NCBI GenBank assembly: GCA_045567915.1
Contig: JBJLCA010000013.1
Coordinates: forward strand, 1-50,606
From: Candidatus Poseidoniales archaeon
Lineage (GTDB): Archaea; Thermoplasmatota; Poseidoniia; MGIII; CG-Epi1
Direction: 5' to 3'
DNA length: 50,606 bases
Numbering within the stretch: the first letter of the stretch is position 1; each line of letters opens with the position of its first letter. The notes under the pieces were generated by a model. It was not told where the DNA came from. It made no database searches and saw only the letters and a program-made list of their open reading frames with translations. Below are positions 26,500-34,820 of this stretch, piece after piece. The translations under genes were made by a program, and so were the position numbers.

Positions 26500-29400
26500 T
26501 TACTCTAGAGGAACCAAATCAACTTGACACTTATCTGTCAAACCTGCATCGGCAAGTGTTAGATTATTATCTACTGCAACACCGTTCAACATTACTGCAA
26601 AATTTGCGTGAGGTAATGGGAATTTGCCTACACAATTTTGTAATAATTTATTAACTGGCATATTAGATGGAACTTTAACATTTGCTGTTTTACCATCTAT
26701 TGTTGACACTATTGCTACGCTAATTTTTGCTGGTGGTGCTGCTGCAGGTTCGTCTGCTGCACTCTCTTCGCCATCAGCTTCGTCTTCTGAATCTGAAGCG
26801 GATGCTGGTGAACTACCAGACCTTCTGCGTAATAATACAACAGGTATTGCCAAAGCTACTAAAGCAACTAATGCTAATACTGGTATTAGTAGAGGAACTC
26901 CCTTGACTAATTCTCTTTCAGTTAAAGTATTAATGAATTCTATTTCTCCAAGAACTGCTGCCAATTGAAGCTCGAAGTCCTCCATAACAAATTCATCATT
27001 ATCGGTTCCATCTCCATTATTTGTAAGATCGCAATCATTACATTGCTGTATCTCAAAGCTTCCTGTACCTGCATCTATAGTCCATGTCAAAGTTAGGAAA
27101 TCTTTGTTATCTTTATCCGGAACTGTCCAGGTAAAACTTAATTCTGTAGTATCATCCTTGTTTATTGATTCACTGACTTGCTGAGAAAGCTCAGTACCAG
27201 TACTATCTTCGAACTTAACTTGTAGTGGCTTAGATGAGATTTGCCAATCTGCATTACCAATGTTCTGTACTGTTACAGTTATATCAACTTCTTCTCCGAC
27301 TTGAGGTGAAGTTGGATCCATAACTACCTTCTTGATTTTAAAATCGGGTAATACTGAGAATTCAACTGGAACTTCACTTTGCTCAAATACTCCAGTTCTT
27401 GGCCATACATTATCTGAATATCTACCTAATTCATCAAACATTCTACCTGTTTCTTCAGAGAAACCATCTCCTTCTGATTCACAAGTGAAATCTGGAATAT
27501 CTACATCATCACATACTGGATTAACTTCAGCAATAAACGCAGTCCACTCCTCGAGCTGAGCTTTCCATCTGAAGCGAACTTCTTGAGTTTCACCAGCATC
27601 TAAATCAAACAACACATATTCTTGATTTGTACGATCTTTCAATCTCACATTTTCACTGCTTGTATCTGCTGTAATGTAAAGGCGACTATTATCCACGTCA
27701 GCAGCTCCTGCATTAGTGACTGTAACCGTGAAAGTTACGGTATCATCTACGTTTGGAGTTCCAGAATTATCACCTGCATACTTACTGTCAACACGCATTG
27801 CTGTTATTTGTAAATCTGGTTTTACTCTGAGTAATTCGGAATATCTAGCATCGTTATTATTTTCATTCTCCTCTAGAATTTCACCATTATCATTGTTTTC
27901 GTCATAATCTGCTCTAGCTTCAACATACCACTCGCCACCTTTGATAAGCCAATCATCTGAAACTAATTCTTTCGAATTAGCTTCCTTAATGTTGGTTGAC
28001 CTTCCTGAACTTCCATAAAGTTGGTAAATGTAAGTATTCTTAGAATCATCAAGCTCAAATCCTGCTATTAACAATTCGTCAATTTCTTGTTGTGTTGTTG
28101 GTGACTTCTTAGGATAGTAATAAATTTCAACATTCACATCGTCTGCATCAGCTGAACCTGTGTTTTCAACATCAACATATACAACAACTGTGTCTCCGTC
28201 TTTAACTTGCGAAGCATTACCAAATACTCCATCAATTTCTATTCGGATATTACTTTGCTTAATGACGATTTCAGGTCTTTGAATTTGTACAATCAAATCA
28301 ATTTCTTGACGTGCATTAGGGTCATCTTCTTCATTCCTAACTGAAATTTTAATAGTTTCATTTCCTACTTCAGCTTCATCATTCACTGAAACGAAAACCC
28401 AAAGATCATCAAGTTCCCCTTCCTGAATAGTTACTCCTGAATTTGACCAAGCCTGTGTTTTAGAACTGTCTTGGAAGAAAGTAACTGTCCAACCATCTTC
28501 TAGAGTAGATTCAACTTCAGGGATAAAAATATCATCGTTAGAGCCTGTATTATCCAATTTAACCTTGAATTTTACACTATTCTGTGTAGTAGACCCTTCA
28601 TATTCAGGGTATATTTCTTTGACGCTGTCAATTGCTGTAGCATCTAATTCCCTTCTTGGGGATGCAACTTCTAAATTTACAGATATTTGCTCAGCTGGGT
28701 CTATGCCATCATTAGGTGAAAACTCGGTTAGAACACTGTAATTTCCAATGTCTGAATCTTGATCAGGTTCTACACACAAGTAAAGATACTTGGATTGACC
28801 GGCACCTATGGAACCACTGAAAGAACTCGAACAAGAAGAACTTTGGAATATTTCGACATTCCACTCATCTGGATATGTGGTTGCAATTGTTTCAACATTT
28901 ACACTATCTTGACCGTTACCTGTGTTCGTAAGCTTGAAAGTAAATTTTTCGGTTCTCTCAGATGCTTGAGTTTCTGTTGAAGGATAAGAAGTTATGGTAT
29001 TTGCACCTACAATTTCTACCTTAGCTCCAAAAATTTGACCAATATCTACTTGTAAAGATGCAGTATCACTAACTGACAAATCACCACCAGACTTAACTTT
29101 CACATTAATTGAATAGCTGTTTGCCTGTAATGCATTTCTCTCTTGATTAGTTAAATTATCTAGAACATATTCGGGTAAAGTCACGTTTACGGTAACTGAA
29201 CCTGTTTGGTCCTTGTCTAATGTCAATGAAGTGGTGTTAGCTAAAGCCCAACCCAAATCATCATCTAAAATCGAAATTATTAAATTATCTGCACCGTCAC
29301 CAGTATTCTTAACATCAATTGTGAAAGAGGCTGTAGTTCCTGGTAATTTTTCAATTTGTGTTACATCAGTACTAACTTGTACTCCTCTGCTCAAATCGAC

Positions 29401-31839
29401 CTTAACTGTCAAAGTAATAGAGTCCGTTGATTTAGTTCCATTCTCGCAACCTTCGCAATCTGAAACTCCCTTGACAACCAACTCATAATCTCCTTTCGAA
29501 GTACTTTCAGGGACTGTAATAGTCAAAGTTACTTCCTCTTGACCACCTTCTGCAACGTTAATGAAAGGATTACTGAAATCGATTCCAGTCCAACCCTCTG
29601 GAGGTGTATTAGTCATAGCTATAATATCATCACCAGTTCCTAAATTATCAACATCAATTGTAATCGAAACGGGTACGCCAACCGTAGCTTCAACAGTTCT
29701 ATCTGAGTCTGCAACGGATAAATCAATCCAATACTCCTGATTAACTATAGTGATTATACTTACTGTTTTATTTGCATATTTAGGTGGATTTTCCTTCTGC
29801 GCTTCGTCTGATGACGCTGTTAAATTAATGGTAAATGCCTTATTGTCTTCACCTGATCTTATGGATACATTTAATTTGACTAATTTTTCATCACCTGCTG
29901 CAATATCCTCAACCTGGAAAGATACAGGATCTACCGACCAACCTGCTGGATAATCATCTATGTTAACTGTAAATGTGTCAACTCCCGTACCTTCGTTCTG
30001 TATTCTAACATCATACTGAACTGTTGAACCTGGATCGCCGCTCTTAGACGAAACAACGACGTCAACTTTAAACTGCTTGTTAACTGAAACTTTGACAGTT
30101 CCTGTATCATAAGCTAATGGATTATCTTCAGAAGTACCATTGACTATTATGTCATTGTCTCCAACTGTCGCATCATCATCTATATTTACAGTCAAATTAA
30201 CTGTTTTTGTTTCACCACTAGTCAATTCTACTTCATCAACAATTGAAGCCCAAGATGCTTTATCACCTTCTAAAGCCAAGGACACAGTATCTTCCCCATT
30301 ACCTTTATTCTTAATTGTCATTTCAAAAGTTAATTCATCCCCAGGATCTCCTTTCTTGGAACTATCGCCGGAAACCTGAACTGAAACCTCGTAGACTTGA
30401 AGGACATTGACAAAAATATTTCTAGTCGTTATTGTAGAATCATCTTCTGAAGTTGCCTTAATAATTAAATTGTAACCGTTCTTTGCCTCTGTATCTTTAG
30501 GCGGAGTTACCCTAAGTGTCGTATTGGAGGTTGCACCTGCTGCAAGAGTAAATGCTGAATCGCCTAATTGTCCCCAGCTAGCATTTCCACCAACTAAAGA
30601 CAGAGAAATATCATCCTCTCCGTTACCATCATTTGTAATGTCAATCGTAAAGTTAACTTGCTCTTCAGGCTTTGCAGACTGAGTATCCTCACCATCAATA
30701 GCCAACTTTGGTTCATAATTTTGAAGTACTGTTGTTCGTGAAGTATACGTAGAATTAATTGATGCGTTATAATCTGAAGAGATGGTTACAATAATTTGCG
30801 TTTCAACGTCAGCTGCAGCATCTTCTGGTGCTTTAACAACCAATACGTCTGTTAGCGTAATATTATCGTCAACACCTAAGTTGCTAATCTTATCTTGATC
30901 TAATGAAGCATCCCAACCTGCTGGTAAACTTGAAGTATCAACTTCCAGATTAAATGTGTCTACTGCATTACCTTTATTTGTTACTTCAAATGAATAATAA
31001 ACACGTTTACCTGCTTCTACATCCGTAGAACTTGGACCTTCTTTATCCACTTGAAGAGCAGGAAGCTGATTTACTTTAACTGTTACAGATGTTGAAGATA
31101 CAGTTTGTCCATCTTCAGAGGTAGAAACAATCGATATACTTTTCAATCCAGCTATTGCTTCAATATCTGGAGTTACTGAAAGATTGAAGTATCCTACTTC
31201 GTTGATGTCAAGAGTTAATGTTGAAGGTTGAGGAGTTATATCCCAAGAATCTACTCCATTTGCAGTGAAAGAAATTGTTACACTGTCTTCAGTATTACCT
31301 CCTGAATTCTTAACACTAACCATAAATTTAACATTTTCATTTGGATCTACAGTCTTTTCGCCAGTAGTTGGAGTTAAGGTAGTTCCATATACATTATTAA
31401 CAGTCAGTGAAGCTGTTTGAGTTTTAGTTTTACCACCGCTAGCACTATTCTGTGATTTAGATTTGAAACTAACTTGAGCAGAATCACCACCCTCTGCAGT
31501 ATTTGTTGTTCTGTTGGCTATCTTAATGAATAAAGTAGCTGTCCCAGATTCATCTTCTTCAACGGATAAAGTAGATGGTAAAATAAATGCAGTATAACCT
31601 GTAGGGATAGTCGAATTAGTCACACTCATATCGTAAGTGTCATCATTATCTCCTGTATTTTCAATTGTTATTGTATATTGCAATTGCTCTTCAGGATCGC
31701 CAGATTGAGAGCTAGGGCTTACCGTCATCTTATGATCGTAAGCATCAGCTGAAGCTACTCCTGTAATCAAGAGAAATCCAAAGCATATTAGCGCAAGCGC
31801 TAACGTGTTAGCAAACCAATTTTTTAGGTTGAGGCTCAT
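26500..31839 (-). CDS. Giant (1779 aa) surface protein: signal peptide, ~13 tandem beta-sandwich modules, TM helix, cytoplasmic linker and ubiquitin-like tail
   Basis: Single uninterrupted 5.3-kb ORF. Recurrent module signature [FY]x[IV]x[IV]xNxG[NTSD]xxD (for example ITIENTGDNDDTYDM, FEVTNKGNAVDTFNL, MTIKNKGNGEDTVSL, VDVENTGSADADDVNV), as in CARDB / NEW3-type domains. TM LLIPVLALVALVALAIPVVLL followed by RRR. Confidence 0.8.
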   Translation of the reverse strand: MSLNLKNWFANTLALALICFGFLLITGVASADAYDHKMTVSPSSQSGDPEEQLQYTITIENTGDNDDTYDMSVTNSTIPTGYTAFILPSTLSVEEDESGTATLFIKIANRTTNTAEGGDSAQVSFKSKSQNSASGGKTKTQTASLTVNNVYGTTLTPTTGEKTVDPNENVKFMVSVKNSGGNTEDSVTISFTANGVDSWDITPQPSTLTLDINEVGYFNLSVTPDIEAIAGLKSISIVSTSEDGQTVSSTSVTVKVNQLPALQVDKEGPSSTDVEAGKRVYYSFEVTNKGNAVDTFNLEVDTSSLPAGWDASLDQDKISNLGVDDNITLTDVLVVKAPEDAAADVETQIIVTISSDYNASINSTYTSRTTVLQNYEPKLAIDGEDTQSAKPEEQVNFTIDITNDGNGEDDISLSLVGGNASWGQLGDSAFTLAAGATSNTTLRVTPPKDTEAKNGYNLIIKATSEDDSTITTRNIFVNVLQVYEVSVQVSGDSSKKGDPGDELTFEMTIKNKGNGEDTVSLALEGDKASWASIVDEVELTSGETKTVNLTVNIDDDATVGDNDIIVNGTSEDNPLAYDTGTVKVSVNKQFKVDVVVSSKSGDPGSTVQYDVRIQNEGTGVDTFTVNIDDYPAGWSVDPVSFQVEDIAAGDEKLVKLNVSIRSGEDNKAFTINLTASSDEAQKENPPKYANKTVSIITIVNQEYWIDLSVADSDRTVEATVGVPVSITIDVDNLGTGDDIIAMTNTPPEGWTGIDFSNPFINVAEGGQEEVTLTITVPESTSKGDYELVVKGVSDCEGCENGTKSTDSITLTVKVDLSRGVQVSTDVTQIEKLPGTTASFTIDVKNTGDGADNLIISILDDDLGWALANTTSLTLDKDQTGSVTVNVTLPEYVLDNLTNQERNALQANSYSINVKVKSGGDLSVSDTASLQVDIGQIFGAKVEIVGANTITSYPSTETQASERTEKFTFKLTNTGNGQDSVNVETIATTYPDEWNVEIFQSSSCSSSFSGSIGAGQSKYLYLCVEPDQDSDIGNYSVLTEFSPNDGIDPAEQISVNLEVASPRRELDATAIDSVKEIYPEYEGSTTQNSVKFKVKLDNTGSNDDIFIPEVESTLEDGWTVTFFQDSSKTQAWSNSGVTIQEGELDDLWVFVSVNDEAEVGNETIKISVRNEEDDPNARQEIDLIVQIQRPEIVIKQSNIRIEIDGVFGNASQVKDGDTVVVYVDVENTGSADADDVNVEIYYYPKKSPTTQQEIDELLIAGFELDDSKNTYIYQLYGSSGRSTNIKEANSKELVSDDWLIKGGEWYVEARADYDENNDNGEILEENENNNDARYSELLRVKPDLQITAMRVDSKYAGDNSGTPNVDDTVTFTVTVTNAGAADVDNSRLYITADTSSENVRLKDRTNQEYVLFDLDAGETQEVRFRWKAQLEEWTAFIAEVNPVCDDVDIPDFTCESEGDGFSEETGRMFDELGRYSDNVWPRTGVFEQSEVPVEFSVLPDFKIKKVVMDPTSPQVGEEVDITVTVQNIGNADWQISSKPLQVKFEDSTGTELSQQVSESINKDDTTELSFTWTVPDKDNKDFLTLTWTIDAGTGSFEIQQCNDCDLTNNGDGTDNDEFVMEDFELQLAAVLGEIEFINTLTERELVKGVPLLIPVLALVALVALAIPVVLLRRRSGSSPASASDSEDEADGEESAADEPAAAPPAKISVAIVSTIDGKTANVKVPSNMPVNKLLQNCVGKFPLPHANFAVMLNGVAVDNNLTLADAGLTDKCQVDLVPLE
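27040..31737 (-). repeat. Intragenic tandem array of ~13 divergent ~105-125-aa modules (protein-level repeat; boundaries approximate)
   Basis: The xNxGxxxD strand motif recurs about every 110-120 residues through residues ~55-1520. The repeats are divergent at DNA level and I saw no long identical DNA repeats. Confidence 0.55.
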
Positions 31840-31895
31840 AACGTATCAATTTTTTCACCAGAAAGTAGCATATAAAGCTTAGTGAATAATTATTA

Positions 31896-31914
31896 ATAAT
31901 AGTTGATAATAGTT
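31896..31914 (+). promoter_or_regulatory. Direct repeat ATAATAGTT-G-ATAATAGTT (10-nt period), candidate operator for the RHH protein
   Basis: Exact 9-nt direct repeat at 31896-31904 and 31906-31914. It lies between an A/T-rich TATA-like stretch (~31885-31896) and the ATG at 31920. Confidence 0.3.
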
Positions 31915-31919
31915 ATTAT

Positions 31920-32210
31920 ATGAGTAACTCCTATTCACTACCCCCTATATTGGTCATGCAAATTGAAGCTCTCGTCGATTCTGGACACTTTAGTAGCAGA
32001 TCTGATGTAGTAAAAGAATCTCTCAGATTTATGATAGAAAAGAAGAATCACCTAAGATATGCTTCTGCCGTTGAAATATATAAGAAAGGAAGGGCGACAT
32101 TGACTAAAGGAGCCGAAATAGCAGGCGTTTCTCCAGACAATTTTAGAGGTATTTTAAATGATCAAGGAGTTGTTACTCCAGATACTGTTGAATGGGAATC
32201 TATTGAGTGA
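31920..32210 (+). CDS. Ribbon-helix-helix (ParD/CopG-like) domain fused to a UPF0175-like HTH domain
   Basis: N-terminus LPPILVMQIEALVDSGHFSSRSDVVKESLRFMIE fits the ParD-type RHH pattern (l..id.lv.sG.y.srSevvReaLR). The C-terminus AVEIYKKGRATLTKGAEIAGVSPDNFRGILNDQGV fits UPF0175 (a..lY..g.lslgkaAelAg.s...f...L). Confidence 0.55.
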   Translation: MSNSYSLPPILVMQIEALVDSGHFSSRSDVVKESLRFMIEKKNHLRYASAVEIYKKGRATLTKGAEIAGVSPDNFRGILNDQGVVTPDTVEWESIE

Positions 32211-33310
32211 TGCAAAAATCTGATACGTACAATAAAGCCCTTATTTGGCTTGAGGACTTAAACCAAAACAAGATTGTGCCTGGCTTGGAACGCATACAGA
32301 CTATGATGAGGCTACTTGGAAATCCCCAAAATGAACTGAGAGTAATATCCATTGGTGGGACGAACGCCAAAGGGAGCACAAGTCACAACCTTAGTAAAAC
32401 TTTGATGCAATCTTCCAAAAAAATTGGATGTTTTACCTCTCCCCATTTACATAGTGTAAGGGAAAGAATTAAAATTAATAATAAAAATATAGATAAAAAA
32501 GATTTTGCTAAGAATCTGCTTGAATTAAAAGATTTAGCTGAGCTGAATAATCTGCAAATGACCTATTTTGAAATATTGACTGCGCTAGCCTACTTATATT
32601 TCCATAATGAAAAAGTAGATTATGCAATTATGGAAATAGGACTAGGGGGTGAATGGGATGCCGTCAATGTTGCTGATGCTGAAATTGCGATATTAACTAC
32701 GCTAGGATTAGACCATACCGATTATTTGGGAAACAGCTTAATTGAAATAGCCACTACAAAAGCCAAAATAGTAAGAGAGAACAGCATAGTTATCACAGGG
32801 TGGGCTAATAGATATCACAAATATATACCTAAATCAAGTGAATTGTATAAAGGAAAATCAGTCAAGGAGTGGATTGAAATTTGTGTTCAATGTCTAAAGT
32901 TACCAATTAGACCTCTAATTAGTGAAATTCCTGGAAGAAGAGAAAATCACTTGAATTTCACACTAGATACGGCCCACAATCGACAAGCAATAAATTACTT
33001 ACTAAATATTAACAAAAACTACCAGAAAATAATCCTCGGCATGTTAAAGGATAAAGATATTGAAACTTTTGTTTCTGAATTACCTAAGAATTGTACAGTA
33101 TTAGCTTGTAACCTAGACAGTGAAAGAAGTGCTACATCTGAATACATATCTGCCATTTGTGAAAAATTAAAGCTTAAATGTGAGCAACATGAAAGTGTAA
33201 ATGAAGCTATTTTATCAGTAAATGACGAAAAAACATTGATTACAGGATCTTTCTACACTGTTGCTGAAGCAAGAAAATATTTCAAATTAGAAGGATATAG
33301 TGAATTATAA
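32210..33310 (+). CDS. folC: Folylpolyglutamate synthase / dihydrofolate synthase (Mur ligase family)
   Basis: YNKALIWLEDL, PGLERIQTMMRLLGNPQ, P-loop ISIGGTNAKGST, FTSPHLHSVRERI, MEIGLGGEWDAVN, LGLDHTDYLG. The ATG at 32210 overlaps the RHH stop (TGATG); the ORF track uses a GTG at 32207. Confidence 0.8.
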   Translation: MQKSDTYNKALIWLEDLNQNKIVPGLERIQTMMRLLGNPQNELRVISIGGTNAKGSTSHNLSKTLMQSSKKIGCFTSPHLHSVRERIKINNKNIDKKDFAKNLLELKDLAELNNLQMTYFEILTALAYLYFHNEKVDYAIMEIGLGGEWDAVNVADAEIAILTTLGLDHTDYLGNSLIEIATTKAKIVRENSIVITGWANRYHKYIPKSSELYKGKSVKEWIEICVQCLKLPIRPLISEIPGRRENHLNFTLDTAHNRQAINYLLNINKNYQKIILGMLKDKDIETFVSELPKNCTVLACNLDSERSATSEYISAICEKLKLKCEQHESVNEAILSVNDEKTLITGSFYTVAEARKYFKLEGYSEL

Positions 33311-33335
33311 TTATGTGTCCTTTCATCAGTGTACA

Positions 33336-34277
33336 ATGAAACAAGGCTTAACGGGAATAACTGTTTTGATTCTGCTAACCACTATGGTCAGTGGGTGCTT
33401 AGAAAATGGCCTTTTTGGAAGTGAAGAAAATAATTTAGCAATAAGTTCTCCTGAGTGGGAAAAAGGAGACTTTTGGGAATACTCTGTAACAATCGATGAT
33501 AAACAATTTTCAACAACTATGGTTGTTTCAATCGATGATGATGATTCTGACTATTACATTGGCACAGGAAACCTAGATGATGCAAAAAGACATGCAGTTC
33601 TAAACTACAATCCTGCTATCGGTAGAGTTCAAATGTCGGATTTTTCAATATATGAAAACAATGTCCCCCAAAAGATCACTGATTTCCCTTTGAAACAAGA
33701 TAAAAGTTGGGAATTTGGACTCTATGGTGAAAATTTCAAAGCTAGCGTAATAGACATCACTGAAACCAATGCTGAAATTAGCGCAAACGCAGATAGCGGA
33801 GCATTCATCAAATATACTTTTGACAAGAATGCAAGGTGGCTTAAAAATTTTGAATATACAAATTCAAATGGAGAAATTGTATTAATCATGAACCTAGGAA
33901 ATTATGGTAGCGGATATACTGGCAATTCTTATTTTTGTAGAGGTGGTGATCTTTTTGATGAGGAATTTATTGGACCTGACTTTGGAGTTTATGACACTCA
34001 ATTTGCCAACGGAGGTCATGAAAGATATGGCCCTTGGAACTACATTGTTTACTATTTAGAGGCTGACATTGGCAGTTCTGGAAGTGGAGAATTAGTCCTA
34101 AGAGACCAAGAAGGTACTGAAGTTTTAATTGAAACATTTAGTCCTGGGACTAATCAACATATTATGGGAACTGTAGCTGGAAGTAGCGGAAATTGGACCT
34201 TGGAAATATCATTATCAGGGAATGCTGATGTTAGGGCTAGAATCGCTGGAGCAATACAGTATACGTATTCAGTCTAA
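33336..34277 (+). CDS. Putative secreted lipoprotein, function unknown
   Basis: MKQGLTGITVLILLTTMVSGC gives a signal peptide with lipobox-like VSGC. The ORF track extends to a GTG at 33300 inside folC. Confidence 0.45.
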   Translation: MKQGLTGITVLILLTTMVSGCLENGLFGSEENNLAISSPEWEKGDFWEYSVTIDDKQFSTTMVVSIDDDDSDYYIGTGNLDDAKRHAVLNYNPAIGRVQMSDFSIYENNVPQKITDFPLKQDKSWEFGLYGENFKASVIDITETNAEISANADSGAFIKYTFDKNARWLKNFEYTNSNGEIVLIMNLGNYGSGYTGNSYFCRGGDLFDEEFIGPDFGVYDTQFANGGHERYGPWNYIVYYLEADIGSSGSGELVLRDQEGTEVLIETFSPGTNQHIMGTVAGSSGNWTLEISLSGNADVRARIAGAIQYTYSV

Positions 34278-34817
34278 TTACTTTACAAATAATCTATACT
34301 TTTGATCAGTCTCACGAATTTCATTCTCTATACGTTGAGATAAATATTTTTCGGGATTTCTAAAACTGGAGATTTTCTCTTCCATTTCTTTAAAAGTTTT
34401 ATAAGGTCTATTACTAACAATAAGATTCATAGTTTTTTTACCTAGACCTGGAATTAATTCTAGCGAATGGTATCTACGTGAAATTGGACCTGCATGGTTG
34501 TAAAATTGTATAAACTTTTCTTCATTATCTTTTACAATTTCATCTAGAACAAAACTTAATTCACTTTGTGCAGTATGTGTTATATCTGAATAATTTACTC
34601 TCGCTCGAACATGGTCAATCTGTATTCTTTCCTCAGTTTCCTTTCCAATGTAGCACTTATCTCCAATATTTATTGCTGCACCTGTTACTGGCTGCATGTC
34701 AAAAATTTTAAACTCTTCGATGCCTAATCCGTAGACTAAAGGCTCTCTTCTAAATCTTCTTTTGCTGTCAGGTCTTCCTTCTGGCAGTACATCAAGAACG
34801 TAGGCATAATCTTCCAT
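34278..34817 (-). CDS. DUF655-family archaeal protein (OB-like N-domain plus helix-hairpin-helix)
   Basis: MEDYAYVLDVLPEGRP..., FYNHAGPISRRYHSLELIPGLGKKTM. It occupies the conserved archaeal position downstream of rpl21e-rpoF. Confidence 0.7.
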   Translation of the reverse strand: MEDYAYVLDVLPEGRPDSKRRFRREPLVYGLGIEEFKIFDMQPVTGAAINIGDKCYIGKETEERIQIDHVRARVNYSDITHTAQSELSFVLDEIVKDNEEKFIQFYNHAGPISRRYHSLELIPGLGKKTMNLIVSNRPYKTFKEMEEKISSFRNPEKYLSQRIENEIRETDQKYRLFVK

Positions 34818-34820
34818 AAA

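Noticed and set aside
26624-26968. 114-aa plus-strand ORF rich in Ala/Ser/Gly (locally GC-richer DNA)
   Set aside because: It is the reverse reading of the Ser/Ala/Asp/Glu linker and TM region of the 1779-aa gene. The GC bump comes from Ala/Ser/Asp codons of that linker.
33300-33335. Longer alternative starts from the ORF track (GTG 33300, GTG 24540, TTG 12874, GTG 45550, GTG 42375, GTG 32207)
   Set aside because: In each case a nearby in-frame ATG gives a better signal peptide, a TATA box at ~26 nt, or a stop/start overlap. The extensions add residues with no homology support. Not excluded, only less likely.
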